DNA of 41,512 bases, from positions 1 through 41,512 of the forward strand of contig ML978148.1 of assembly GCA_010015805.1 (NCBI GenBank), in the 5' to 3' direction. The position numbers were made by a program, and so were the translations under genes. Source of the DNA: Rhizodiscina lignyota (taxonomy: Eukaryota). The notes under the pieces are model-generated. The model was not told the origin of the DNA. It ran no database searches and saw only the letters and a program-made list of their open reading frames with translations. Below are positions 11,060-26,038 of the stretch, piece after piece. The number at the start of each line of letters is the position of its first letter. Positions within the stretch are counted from its first letter, which is position 1.

Positions 11060-14000
11060 TTAATTTGATACCGGCCAACAGCCAACAACAGCGCCTTCGT
11101 CACCATCAATGACGATTGCTGGAGCAGCGCCATATTCCAAAGGATTGCCCTCCCACACAACAATATCCCCTTTACCCCTCTTTTCTAGACCAAGGATATT
11201 CTCAATATTAACAGAGACCAAATCTACAGCCGCTTGGTCCGAAAGCCCTGCATACTTTGCCGCCCAGCTGGCTTCAAGCGGAAGGAAATGTATCTTGGAA
11301 TCACCCTCTGGCACTGAGTAAGTAAGCGCTCAACAAATTCAGGTGACCTGGAAGCCCTGCGTACCTGTACTGGGAATTGCTATCCCAAAAGTCACATTCG
11401 CCTCTGCTAGCACGGACGCTGCAGAACGTGTGAGCGGTGGGCCGATCAGGATATCTTTCTTCTCGAAAACATCAGGGCCTCCCCGGTTTCGAGTCAGGAT
11501 AATTGGTATATCCGCAGCGGCGAGTTCATGAGCAACAAGTGGTGCTTCAGCACCGCCCATAATGATGAGGTTTACCGATGAGTACTCTTTCTTCACTTCT
11601 ATCATTTGCATGATATCGTACTGCAAAGGTCAGCGTTATCATTTGATGAATTCGCAGCAAACGAACCTTGTTCTCCACATGAATGATGAGCGGGATGCTA
11701 CCATTCACCACCTTCCCATACATGTTGTCTTCTGCAGAATTATCTTTCAAGATCTTTCGGAGCTTTGCCACAGCAGTTGAAACAGTTGCAATATCCCCAT
11801 CTGTATCGCGTTAGTTCCAAGTAACATGAGACACTACTGCCGATGAACCTTTCGCATCTTGCCCAATAACAAGGTGGACTGCAACATCTGATTGAAAAAT
11901 GCCTCCATCCAACACAGTCTTCTTCCCGCTGGTCTTGATACCGACACTCACACCGCCGCCAAAGCCGCCATTCATGAGTGGCGTAGTAACAGCCCTGGTC
12001 ACGCCACCGATGCGCGCACGCTGAAAACCCCGGCCTTCGAGATGGATACCGTACTTGGCGTATACTAGTTTCTCCGGATCTGTCACGTCTGTCTTCGCAT
12101 TGACCACCCCATCGGCTGTGCTCTTCTCGGCGAAGATCTCAGCAAGTCCCAGGCTCTGTGAGACTGCTGTCAATCCAGGCAGGGCATGACCATTATTGAG
12201 TTGGACGGTAGGCAAACCTCTGTTTGTGGACATGCATTTGTCTGAAACGTCGAAGCATGCAATGCGGCCAGATTCCAGGACGAGCGTCAAATTTCTATCG
12301 GCAGTATCGAACGACTGATAGTCCTGGAGGAAGGACGTCCTAATGCCTGTGATAACAATATCCGAGCCACCGTTCAGCTTTGAGCAAATATCATCTCTGA
12401 TAGACTCATCCAAAAGGGGTCGCACAGCCGGCTGCATTGACTTCCGATTTAGCACTGAACCCGAGGATGGCATACTGTCCTTTGTTTTCTTTGGGTCCAA
12501 AGTCACCTTCCCATCGACGAAAACCTGAAGTGGAGTAGCTCCAACAGAAAGTGGATGCGAATCCCAAACAACAAGATCGGCGTCGTACCCGACCTTGACA
12601 TATCCAATGCGATGATCTTGCTCTAGTGACTTGGCAGGCACGCTGGTTACGGACTGCATGGCTTTGATTTCCGACATGCCAAACGAATGGGCCATTGCAG
12701 CTTGAGACATGACATATTTCGCGTTTGTCGTCTCCTCTCCATGATCAGACTTGTATGCGACAGGAACACCATGCTCCTCGAGAATCTTACCGGCGTACAA
12801 GCTTGCGCCATACCCTTCATGTTTATATAGCGCAAAATCGGAGAAGGTCGCAATCGTAATGTTGTATCCACTGTCTTTGATCATCTCCGGCACTTTCCAA
12901 GCTTCGAGCGCATGGTGGAATGCCTGGATGCGGAAGCCGAATTCTTTCGTATGGAGCAGCATGTCCTCAAAGTCTTCCGGCTCGTAACAGTGCGTATTGA
13001 CGCCGACTTTCCCTCGTAAAATTGCCACTGAAGATTCAAGCTCTAGCTGCTCCGGAAGTCCGCCTTTGCTAGATTCGTTCGGCATTGTCAATGTATGAAT
13101 TGCATTCTTGTCTCCCTTGTCCTGCGCAACTGCCGCTGCAAGACACCATGCATCCTGCTTTTCGCGCAGTTCTACTGCTCGTTCCATGTGCTTGCGGAAG
13201 ACCCACGCGTTGCCCATTCTCGTGTGTTTATACACACGGCGCGGGTTTTCGCCGCACGCCATTTTCATATAGCGGCGGCGGTCTTCTTTCGGGATGCCAT
13301 GCTCGAGCAACATCTCCTCTACAGTCTCTTCGCCGTCCTTGCCTGCCCGCAGCACGTTCTTCACGATGAATGCCTCGCCCCCCATGACGTTGGCTGAGCC
13401 AGGAAGAATGAGGGACGTCGTGACTCCGCCAGACCTGATGATGGTGGTGCCCTCATCATAAGGCTTAATCCCATCCAGAGATCGCACGAATGGAGTGAGC
13501 GTGCCAAACTCATCGTTGACCTCGTTCGTATCCTCTGTAGCGGAGAATGCAGGCCACGTCCCGACCAAATGATGTGAATGCAAGTCAACAAGGCCAGGCG
13601 TGACATATTTACCGCCGACGTCGAAGACTTCAGCATCATCATCAAACCATTCGGCTGTCTTTGCGTCCGCAGCAACAGCTGTGATCATGCCCTTGGCAAA
13701 GAGCACGTCGACGGTGCCGTCAAACCATTTGTCACCGTCGAACAGTGTGACATTCTTGAGGATTACGGTGTGGTTCTGGCCGCTGTATTTGTTCCATCTT
13801 GAGTTGGTCCCCGTAGAAGTCGGTGGGATGGCGTATTCAATTGGTGGCGTATTGAACTCTGTACATTTCCGCAGACCCTCTTCGAGGCGGTTGATAGCAT
13901 ACTCATTCAGCTTGAGTTCGCTTGGAGAGGAAGAAATACGAGAAGGAATGAGCCAAAATTGAACATAGAATAATGAAGCTACGAGAAAAACAGTGACGAT

Positions 14001-14078
14001 AGGAAGATGGAGTCGGCGTCTTCCGCGGTCATCTGAGGGTCTGAGAAATGCCACCCCAGGCACGTTGAGGGTGCCCAT
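11060..14078 (-). CDS. Membrane-anchored two-domain metallo-dependent amidohydrolase (CE9-like composite), 4 exons
   Basis: N-terminal hydrophobic anchor; VTPGLVDLHSHH, GGVTTSLILPGSAN, KMACGENP, NTHC, FHHA, KSDH and IGYVKVGYDADLVVWDSHPL motifs. A second degenerate amidohydrolase repeat ends GDIVVWEGNPLEYG. Three GT-AG introns join ORF-track pieces 11811.., 11547.., 11339.. and 11060... Confidence 0.88.
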
Positions 14079-14453
14079 TGTCAACTAAAAGTGGTTTCGA
14101 GATTGCGAAGAAGAAGAGAAGGCATCGACTCGCACCAATGGCTTGAATCATGGAGATATACTGATAGTTTCTCTCTGCTTGGGGTGGCATGGATGTAAGT
14201 TGACGATCACGGATGCTCTAGCCGCGAACCCGCCCTTGATAAGCACGAGCGAAGAAATATGCGATTACTCTATCTGGAAGGTCTTTTACAGAATTTGACC
14301 AATCAACAATATCGGCCTCGCAATGCAGCAATCATGTTCCAACGATGGCTTTCCAGCGCTTTCGTGCCTTCATTTCAAGTAACAAAGTTGTCAACCGTCC
14401 CATGTCATTTACAACGCCATTTTCCAGGCCATAACACCGTATCCAATACCACT

Positions 14454-15771
14454 CTATCGTAGTTCCTGTCTCTCGCGCCATATCTCAAGGTCCAAGCCAC
14501 ATGTATCCTGCCGTCGCGCCCTAAAGTTCTCATACACCCTCTCCCACACCTTTCGCGCACCTTCATTCTGTGGCCGCGCAGCCGCCCGGATGGCGTATGG
14601 AACGTCGTACTCCGGTCCTGGCAACGACGGATCGTAGACGCGAATAAATGCAGTCTCTCGCATGAACGCCGTCGCGTTGAATGTAGGTATCACCGGCTCA
14701 TCGGGATTGGTTGACTCTGGCTCGGGTGGCCAAAGTGTGAGCGCCTCAGTTGTTGTGGAGAGGATGGCTTCATTGCTGTCTTCTTGTATAGATGGTGAGA
14801 TGGAGTGGAATGTAGGTATGTCGGGAAATGAGGTACGGAGGAAATCGGAATCGGATGGCGCTGTACTTGACTCTGAGAGAGTGGTGGTGAGACGACTATA
14901 TTCTTGTCTCGAAGGACGGATGAGTAATGTTGAGCTCAGAACATTGGCGTTCTTTTCGATTGTTTCAAGCGCTGTGAGTGCAGATTTTGGCTCTGAAAAT
15001 GCAAGTAGGGTATCTAGCGGCATCGAATTGAGGATCAGTCCGGGTTTGGGAAGTAAGACGACTCGATCGTAATCGATAAGAGAGAATGGGGTTGCAATTG
15101 AGTATGAAGAAGACGATGACTCTATGTAGCTGAATTAGCTCGCAATTCAAGTTCTTCTTGGGTTAGTATGCACCACTCACCGTCCATGTCCGCCTTCACA
15201 GGTCCCATTGGCACTAGAATCACCCTGAACTTCCTTGCTGCCTTCCTTAGCAGCCTTCTGGTAGTGTACACCTCTGGATCTTCTTCCTCTCCCGGGGCTG
15301 CCTTGTCGATTGCCCAGCTGCGAGGGAACAGCAACACGCGGTGCGCTGGACTTCGAGTTCTGTACAGCTCCCCGAAGAGCATCACTGCATTGCACACCTC
15401 TTCGTGAGTTCGGACCATCTGCGCATACGCCAAGCGATTCCAATTCACGTCCACCATTTCTTGTGGTTTGGAGAAGAACATTTGTGAGGAGCCATGCCTA
15501 ATACCGAAGAGATTCCTTGACGATTTCGAGCGAGGGTCGAGTATTGGGGTTGATTTGGCGGAGGAGGCGCGAGGTGAAGGAAGACGAGGCTTGATGACAT
15601 TTTCAAGAGAGTGGAGGGTTTGCTGTTGGAGGACATATCCTGATAGGAACAGAGCTATTGTGAAAAAGACCACTTTGCGGAGTTAGCTGCTGATTACGAC
15701 GTTCGCTAGGAAAAGAGCGTACCTATGGCGGAGGACAGGGCCATCGACACCTGTCCGCTTGTGAGCAGCAT
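14454..15771 (-). CDS. Type II membrane glycosyltransferase family 8-like protein, 3 exons
   Basis: Exon 1 MLLTSGQVSMALSSAI (ATG 15771), intron GTACGC...GCTAAC...AAAG, then VVFFTIALFLSGYVLQQQT, RLAYAQMV...CNAVMLFGEL...HRVLLFP and downstream LLIRPS and LPGPEYDVP...W..VYE.F...R..CGLDL. This resembles fungal GT8-like proteins, but no clear DxD motif was seen. Confidence 0.65.
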
Positions 15772-16803
15772 CTTGAGACTCCTGAATTATGGAACATCTG
15801 CTGTAAAGATTGAATATGTGTGCAAGTTGTATTGCTGAGTGATAAAAGTTCGTCTCGATTTCCTGTCTCGAATGACGTGTGTTGTTCCGCCGTTGCGACG
15901 GGCAACAGCACCAAAGAGAAACATCGCCCCAGTCTCGCCATGCATTGCATAAATTCTGGCAACACCGAATAAACATTAATAGCACCGCACCATGAATTAT
16001 TAAACACGATATAGTTATAAACATGAATTTCTGAAACGCGTCCTAGGTCAAGGTACTTGACTTGTGCACACCCCGACAGATCTCAAGAGTGACCAAACTG
16101 CAGGAAGACACAGAGATTCCCGAAAATTTCTTAGCGATGAGAGTGATTTAGCAACAGTTAGTGCAAGGTGACGCTATCAATGCCCTAACAACTGCATTGT
16201 ACATGCTGCACAAGGCCGCTTGCAGTGGCACAGTGTAAACACCCGAGAGGCAAGGTAAGGATAGAGATTGCATCGTTTGACCTCCAAGAATAATCGAATT
16301 GGCGAATCAAGCTAACCTGGAAGACGGGCTTAGAAGCCTTTGCGCATCGCAAACTCTTCGGCGCATGATCAGAGCAAGGGGGTTACTGACTGCTGCATCT
16401 CTGGGACATTGCTTCTTCCCCACTGTGTGCGAACGAGTGCGGAAACGTCAGGATAGTCTCTCGCGCGACGCTCGCGACGGCCAGCCAAAGATGGGAGAAG
16501 CTATAGAACTGGACTTGGTAAATTTAAATCCATCTTCATTCGCGCTACCCTTTCCCGCATGCACCGCCATCATCAGGCAGATATCGTGCATAACGGCTAC
16601 TGTTATACGAGGCTTCGAATAGTCAGACTCATGCAGAAGAACTTCACTTTACTCTTCCCAGCTACCTCCAGGTTTCCGGCAAAATAGCAAGTACTCCGTA
16701 CTCTCATCCGTGCTGTCTTCAAAGTCCTGTGCTGATATTCCGGCGCCTCAAGGAATCCAACCCCCGTGATAAGTAAAATCCTGTACCCATATACTAGCAC
16801 ACT

Positions 16804-18945
16804 TCAACCTTTCTTCTCGAAATAAGACTCCACCCTCTCCACCAGATCCTTCTTTTTGCCACTGATACTCTCATTCTTCTCCGAGAGCCAGCTCTTCAGC
16901 TGCGGCATCGTGAAACTGTTGAGGGACTGTTTCTCAAAGGCACTCCGCATTGTAGCATCGGTGATTCCATCCCCATCGCCATTCGCAGCACCACCGCTTT
17001 TCTTCGTTCGTTTCGTTGTGGCATCGGTCGTGGCATCGGCGCCACGTTTGCTGCTGGATCGGTTCTCCTCCTCCCATGCTCTATGCTGGGTGTCGAGCTC
17101 TTCCGCGAAGTCTAGTACGTACGGACCAGTGCGCTGTAGGCCATCGTTAGACTGTGATGAAAATTAAGGAATGTTGTGAACGCACTTTATCAATCTGCCT
17201 GTACTTTGGAATTGTCTTGTCCTCAGGCAGTTGGGGCAGGTCTTCCTCCAAAGCCATGGCTTGAAGACACTTGTAAAACCATTGCAGTGCTACCCGACCG
17301 TCAATGCTGGCTCAATTGTTGAATTTTACGAAGAACTCACATGGATTCGGATACCGTGAAGGATTAAACACTCCTCCTGGTAGCTGCAACTGTTGAACAA
17401 CCGGCCTCATCTTGTCAACTACAGAATCTGGAGCAACAATTGGTCTGTCTGGGCCAAGGTCCGGATTCTGTCTGACGTCGTCTGCGTATGGCAACGGGAT
17501 TGCCCATAGCCCTGGAGGCGCTACTTGCTCTTTCGTAATTTCGTCAATCTGCTCAGCACCCGGAGTGAGAGCTGCCAATACGGGAGAAGCGTTACGGCGT
17601 GGAATGAACCAGCAGAGAGCGAATTTCGATTTCTGCAGTAGTGATGCATGGAGAGCAGCAAACGTGCGTGTGGAACCAATGTAGTCTTCTTCAGAAGGGT
17701 AGACGAAAATTGGCGCCCGTTCATTTGCCCACGGCGGAAGAAGGTCGAGGTTTTTGAAACCAATGATGCGAATGGTGGGATCGCCGAATACGCTGCGGAG
17801 ACCGGTCGCCTCATCCTTTGAGAATGAAACGGTCTCGCCGCCAAATTTGTACGCCTTGCGAATCTCAGTCGGTTCCACACTGCGTGCAGTGTCATCGGCG
17901 AGGCGCGAAGTAGTGAGAGTCGCAATCTGAGGTACTTCGCCATTGAGCCACACATAGCAGCTTCGGACACGTTCTTGGCGCTTGATGATGATGTACCCTT
18001 TGACAGAAATTTTCAGGTCTGGTCCAATCTCGAACGGCAGATTGAAGAGAGCACGGCGAGGTGTTGCCTTGGAGTTGATTGCTGAAAGTAGAGATTGCAG
18101 GAGCGTAATGCCATCAGAGGAGCCGATTGTTGATGTTTTCGTGGCTTCCAAAGTGGGTACCGGAGCCTCAGGATCGGATAACGGAGGTCGGTAGACGATG
18201 TCGTCGTAGAATTTCGAGCGATCAAACTGTCCATCGGGCTTGGAGATGGGGAAGAGCTCGATGATAACCCCAAGGTCATAGAGGTCCTTTGAGCGCACAG
18301 TCGCAGATCGTCGAAGCTCCTTTTCTCCGGGCGAAGAATGAGGACTGTCGTTATCCGTGACGAAGAAGAGTCGACGAGAGCTGAAGTTTGGAGCTTTGTT
18401 AGTGAATATTTGGTTGGCACAAAACAAGACACTGCCCATGGCGACACCTGGATCCTCTTTCGTAGGGCTGGACGGGATAAGCAGCTTTGATGCTTCTTCT
18501 TCATTTTCAACCAAGTTTCGTAGTCGCTTAACATCGCTCGCTTCTGGGACATCAAGGTCGCTCAGCAGATAGCAGTGCGGAAATGCAGGGGGACCGCGAG
18601 CCTCTCCTTCTTCGAACTTGGACTCCTTTGTGCCGAAGAGCAGTATGCCCATCATATCCTTTGGATTGGAGATGATGCGCTGCTGCATCAGCTGGTATGC
18701 ACATTTCAGGGCGGCGGACGTTGCAGAATCGCGATCGAGTTTCTTGTCCTTGGTCTCTGGCGGCCTCTCTAGCATTGACGGGCTAACATCAATGGCAAAG
18801 AGAACTGCATCCTTTACAGTTCTGTAGCCCTAGAATTATAGTTAGCGTGAGATGTGTTGATTGCGAAGATCCAACGAACGCTCTCTCCAATCTCTTCTTC
18901 TTCCTCTTCATCACCTTCCTCGTGTTTCTCTTCTGGTTCTGCCAT
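16804..18945 (-). CDS. KU70: Ku70, ATP-dependent DNA helicase II 70 kDa subunit (NHEJ)
   Basis: Exon 1 [22 protein letters not shown], intron, then [20 protein letters not shown] and [28 protein letters not shown] (vWA domain), [44 protein letters not shown]-terminal SAP domain ([12 protein letters not shown]...[18 protein letters not shown]) closes the protein. Confidence 0.96.
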
Positions 18946-19232
18946 TTTGATGAAGGAATTGGTAGAGATTTGCTGGTGTGGTGGTCAGCTGTGGGGTTGA
19001 AGTTGGAGGAGCGCAAACGCGCCAGAGTGACGTCGGCTTCTAGGCAGACGCGACGCCATCGCGAAGTCACGTGCAGATAAGATTTGCCTCTTGGAGCTAG
19101 AGTTGCATCATGGACTCTCTCATTTGCTGACACAAGAGCAAAGTCTAGACATCAATTACAGAGTCTTCAAAGCTCCACGCCGCCCAAAGACGATGATTCC
19201 AAGATAGTAATTCCTTTATACAGTACTCAACC
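18946..19232. promoter_or_regulatory. Compact bidirectional promoter between KU70 and HEM15
   Basis: 287 bp separate the divergent ATGs. The interval contains GTGACGTC (19027-19034), ACGCG (19048-19052), GTCACGTG (19066-19073) and GATAA (19076-19080). Function of these motifs is inferred only. Confidence 0.55.
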
Positions 19233-20662
<1,430 letters not shown>

Positions 20663-20922
20663 TTAGGAGGGAATGTTTGGAACAGATAAAATTGATGTTA
20701 GGTTATGTACTAATAAAGGCATTAGCGGTCCAAAGGCTTGCGCCATCCCGCTTCGCGCCTCTGGAAATCTAAAGCCCGATGGCTATGTATAATTACAAGC
20801 AAAAAGTACAAGGAATGTACAGTCTAAGCTATGGTATCATGTAATGTCATCAACCAAGATCCACCGCTCAAAAATCCTTGCTCGACTCTTCACCGTGGAC
20901 TCTTCATGCTCTTCTGCCTTGC

Positions 20923-22971
20923 TTATCCTCCACCACCAATGACAAACGACCAAGCTGCAATAAGGCCCAGGAACACGCTTGTCGAGAGTTTCGTGAAAAA
21001 GCCAGTGACAACTGTGCTCGCTCTTCTCCCGTAGCCGCGTTGAGGCTCATCCTCATCAGAGTCAGGCGTGCCGTCTTCACCGCTCTCGCCGGTGTCATCC
21101 GGAACAGCGTCGTCGAGGTGGACTAATCGCGTTTCTCAGTATCTGACACCAACGGCTCATCTAGAATATCAAATGTGTTGGAAAATTGAACCGCACAACC
21201 CAAACGCCGGGGAGGGTGGGAGGAGAACATACCGTGTGGTCTGACGAACCACGAACACACGAACGCGACGCCGAATGTAGCTGCTAGACAGACGAATACT
21301 GTTTGATCAAACTTTCCTACTGTGGCGGAGTAGATGCCATTGAAGATGGTTGGTGCGACGACACGAGCGAGTGCGTGCAGAAGACCGCTTGCACCGAGGA
21401 GTTGGCCGACTCGATCGTGCGGTACGTGCTTCGTGAGAGCCGCTTGCATTGTTGGTGATCCGATGCCACCAGCTGAAGCAATAGCACCTGAAATGATGAA
21501 AAGTGTGCCGTCGCGCGCAATAGAGTATCCAACGAAGCCCATCATGTCGAAGACTATTGCCAGGCGGATAACGCTGAGGTCAAACAAATCAGAGCCGGTG
21601 TTTCGTTGTCGTGGTCGTGTAGCAGCTGGACCACGAACTATGCGAGTGAGCAGAGGCATGAGGATAAGTAGGCAGGCTACGCGGCAGCTGTTGACGATTG
21701 AAACGAAGCGAGAGGACTCAAAATTGCCCCAGCCGAACTTGTAGTTGGTGTAGATGACGATGATGCTCATTGCACCCATGGCTACGCCGAACATGATGGT
21801 GTCCACCGCCGCCAGTAGGACCAGATTCCGCCTCAGCGCCACGTTCGTGCCGGGACCAGTCGGATACAGAATCTTGAGCGGGGCGAGTAAGTTGAAGCTG
21901 CGGAGTTGATTGATCCAATCGGCAGCCGGACCCAACTCCTCCATTTCGAGTCGGTGCTTTTCCTGAGCTGCAAGTTGGCGACGCACAGAAAGTGATTCGG
22001 GTATCACAAATATGAGGACTATAATGAAGAAAATGTGAACGCCAAGAGCGACATAGAAAACGGTGACGACGGTGCCAGTGAGCTCAATGAGATATGCCGC
22101 AAGAATTGGTCCGAGAGCAATACCCGTGAACAAGCAGCCGTGGAAGAACCCAAACACAACATTGCGTTTGTGTGGGGGTGTGCAATCGGCCGCATAAGAG
22201 TTTGATATGGCCATGCTCGCAATGAATGAGCCGCAAAGACCCTCGGCCAGAAATCCAAGCAGCAAGTATGGGCTAGGAAAGGTGTCTGGTCTGGTCGCTG
22301 CAGCGATGGTGATGAGTTCGGTGACAAACATGCCAGCGCTGCAGTAGATGAGTATCCGCTTGCGTCCATATCTGTCGCTGAGCGCGCCAAGTTTGGGTGA
22401 CACGATAGCGGACAGGATTCCGGATATCAATTGTCCCGCCAAAGTAAACTGCGCGACTCGTGCTGAGACTTCAGGTATCCTGCATTGTGGATTGTCGTCG
22501 CCATATATTACGGGCAGAAAGGTGAACGAAGGGTCGTTGATCGCTTTGTCGGACATGTACTCGCGGCAGATGAGGGTGACGTAGAGATTAAGCTTTGGGA
22601 CGATAATGCCGCCAAATGCAAGCGCATAGACGAGGAAACATGGTAGTAGCCAGTATATCTTAATTCAAGTCAGCGACAGTCTAGATCATAAGGTACGGTG
22701 GACAAACTGAGGGCCTCTTATGCCAGGGAACATCAACGAAGTCCCTGTCGCCCGGCCAATCGTCATCTGAACCACCAAAATTGCTGCCGACTGGAGATGA
22801 ATATCCCTCGCCCAGCAAGGGACTCTCCTCTCCTTCTCGATCACGTCTACGAGAGTCTATGTCTCCCGTTGCTACTGTGATCGCCTTCTTTCCAAGCTCT
22901 TGCTGTCCCTTGGAGTTGTGCTCTGCGTTCTCAATCTCCGCCTCTGCTTCGAATATTTCTTCGTTCTGCAT
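20923..22971 (-). CDS. MFS transporter (tetracycline-efflux/DHA1-like), 3 exons
   Basis: Exon 1 ends ...VPWHKRPS; MFS motif A LGALSDRYGRK; ~12 hydrophobic segments. After intron GTATGT...GATTAG the frame continues RPHVHLDD... to a stop at 20923-20925. Confidence 0.9.
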
Positions 22972-25012
22972 TGTTATCGATTCGGAGGGCTGATGCGACT
23001 CGGTCTGAATATTTATTTTATCCTATCATCCCACGGGGGCCACGGAGGTGCTGTATAGAGACAGGACGATAAGGTACAACTTCAAGGTACCATTGTCGCG
23101 TGCGCTGCTCCGCCCTTGCTCAGCGCGCCCGTGCAGTTTCGTCAGAAGATGTGAGGAAGTTTTTCAAAAAATTAAGGACGTTCGACGAAGGTGAGGTGGT
23201 GGTGTCGTCAATCTGCGCAAATCGTATCTATGACGGGGATGCTTCGGCCTGCTAGAAAAAGCGATGCTTGATAATCGCCTGCGATATGCGGAATCTAAAA
23301 GGATAGCTCGAGAAGATATGCACAGAGGAAGAAAGCCAGCAAATCCAGTAAGCCGGGGTCAGAGGCAGCCCAAGTAGGACTTGTGAGAGCCTAGAGTAGG
23401 GTAGGGTCAGATTGATATCAGGCAACGGAGGTAAACGTGTCGTTGTGTGTGACGGTAAGCTGTGAAACTTGTGTGGATAACGCATCTACGATCATCGCCA
23501 GCAGTTTCAAGGCAAGCTTATGGGGCCTCCACGCGTTCCAGCTCGGCCAGTAAGAGCAGCGTGGCTCCTTGCGGACCCGGATACCCATGCTTCCGAGGCG
23601 CGCGTGGGATGGCGGAGGTGTGGCAGTTCTCTCGCACCCGCTCGACTTTTGCCCACCTTTCTTTTGAAGCGGTTTGGGCGACTGATGACGTTGCTACATT
23701 AAAATAACATTTAATTCCCCCGAACTCCGACCAACGGACCAATTTTGCGACCCAGAATCACAACTGGGCAATACCTCCAGAGGGAGCCGTTGCTCGGGGA
23801 GTCACGCATTGTGATCAACGAGAATGAGATACAAAGCTCGAACGGCTGCGGACTGCATCAGAAATGTATCTCCAATTTTCACTACATAACTCAACACTGA
23901 TACGTCTGGAGCCAAATTCATGCTCAGCGGAATTTATGAGGTAGCCGACGGACGCCGCGACTATGCTCTGAGTTGATTATATCCTTGCAACTGCCGTGTC
24001 TTCACATGGACTCCGAGAGAGGAAGACAATCATGCAGCTCGTTTGCCTTTCTCGACCTCTCTGCAATGTGAGAGAACAGACTTTTGCGGGTACTCTACTG
24101 CGCGCCAGGAATGGTCCCACTCGAAGATGGACCGCACTCAGGCACCTTCGGCTCAGGCGGAAGACTCTTCCCATGCTTGACCAGGACACTGCGACTGCAA
24201 TTATTTGCATCTCTCCCAGCCATTACTGGTACGTCTTCATGGAGCATCTGTACTGACCGTCGTACACGATGACATGACCTGGCTCATCGGTTACTCTCGA
24301 ATGGCATCCCCTGTTTATTCGCTTTGATTGATATTCGCACCCAGAGCGCAATCAGCAAACCTCGAAATAGTCAGAACAGTGATTGCAGGGGACTGGTAGA
24401 AGCGGAATTATGAGACGGACAAGTGTGAGATGCAGAAAGACGTTGAACCTGAGAATGGTATATTCACCCGAAAAGATTTGCTACCACGGTATTCCAGCTT
24501 TCTGACATTACGACAACTTCTCTGGCATTGGAGTGTGCCCCTCTGACAGATGAGCTTCGGATTGAGTCGTTCATCTCGCGGAATGAACCACTTTCCATAG
24601 TGTAGGCGACAAGCGCCAGGCTCCCATATTTTGCTCGCACCAGTCGAGGGTACATTCAATCTACCGAAATCTAAAAGTGAGTGCGTTATTTCACTTTCTA
24701 CTGGGCGAACAGAAGTAAAAGTGCAGAAAGACTTTGAAAGAAAGCTGGTGGAGTGTGACGTTCGCAGCCAAGCTGACAGGGATAGGTAGCTTTGTCTCGG
24801 ATCTTTGCCGGTAGCGGAAATCCCAAACGTGCCAAACTTGAAATTTTGAACGCACACCGTCCATTATTTCGACGACTTCTGTGTCTATTTTCCACTTGAC
24901 AGCTATTTCCTTTGATTTTCAAAGTGGCTGGGCAGCTTGTTATGGTCCATTGAGTTCATTGGCCACATTCTCAGACATAGTCTCTGCGTTCCCAGTGGTA
25001 TTCAATACAGAC

Positions 25013-26038
25013 ATGGACGACCAAGGAGGCGTGCCACTTCCACGCTCCCGGGCGTCCATGAACTGGCGAAGGAGAGACGAAACACCACGAGCCGAACATG
25101 TATCGCAACCTGACGGCGATTTCCAAAACGGACGAGGCCAGAATGGCAGCCGCAAATCCCAACGCACTGACGACTCGCCTGACTCTGTCGGCTCTGGTAC
25201 TCGTCTCTACGTTGGAAACCTCCTATACAAAGTCCAGCGTGAAGATGTTGAATCATTTTTCACCTCAAATGGCTTCAACATCTGTGGCATGTCGATGAGC
25301 ATCGATCCTTTTACCGGGCGTAACCCAAGCTATGCCTTTGTCGACTTTGAGACGCAGGATGAGGCGAACAATGCCAAGGAGGCTTTGAACGGAGCGGAAC
25401 TTTTGGGCAGACCAGTGAAGATAAACGATGGGGTGAAGAAATCTGAGGGAGGAGATAGGTTTCAGAGTCGGGTGAAGAATTGGGGTCGAGGAGGAGGTTG
25501 GGGCAAGAATCAAGAACATGCCGAAGGCAAGTTGTACTGCCTTGAACTTGTTACCTTGTTCCCCGTCGCGCTTGGTCCATGTTGCATACGATACTGATTC
25601 GTCCTACGCACAGTGAATGATTATAAACCCACCTTTGACCGTTGGACTCGAGACGATGCTCCTTCGCATTATGTCAAACCCCTTGAGCAGGGCTGTCGCG
25701 CGTTCATTGGAAATCTTCCACGCATTGAACCCCAAGCCGCTGTGGATGCCGAAATGCAGCAAGTTTTCTCCGGCTTTGAGTTGGCTGCGGTGTCTAAGAT
25801 AATCAACCCTCTACGAGACCAGCCCGAGAGAGCCAGCGAAAAAGGGAATCACTACTTTTGCTTTGTGGATTTCCAGACTCCTGAGGAAGCTGAACGAGCG
25901 ATTGCGGAATGTGATCAGAAAACAGGCAGTTGGGGCGGGGCGGTTAGAGTTGCTAAGGCAAAAGATAATCGAGATCGCAAGGTTATCCGGGAGCAATTTG
26001 GTGGTGATAGGAGATCTTCGGCTCCAAAGTCGCAGTAA
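25013..26038 (+). CDS. RNA-binding protein with two RRM domains, 2 exons (GC-AG intron 25527-25613)
   Basis: RNP2 LYVGNL and RNP1 PSYAFVDF (SIDPFTGRNPSYAFVDF). Second RRM AFIGNLP...HYFCFVDF. Start ATG at 25013. Confidence 0.88.

Noticed and set aside
23996..24256. Short ORF containing TALRHLR, faintly like a HET-domain motif
   Set aside because: No ALSY.WG or W.DA.CI.Q context; too short and probably chance.
23000..24900. Many 60-150-aa ORFs in the long region between the MFS and RRM genes
   Set aside because: No motifs or coherent exon chains; treated as divergent promoter/UTR sequence.
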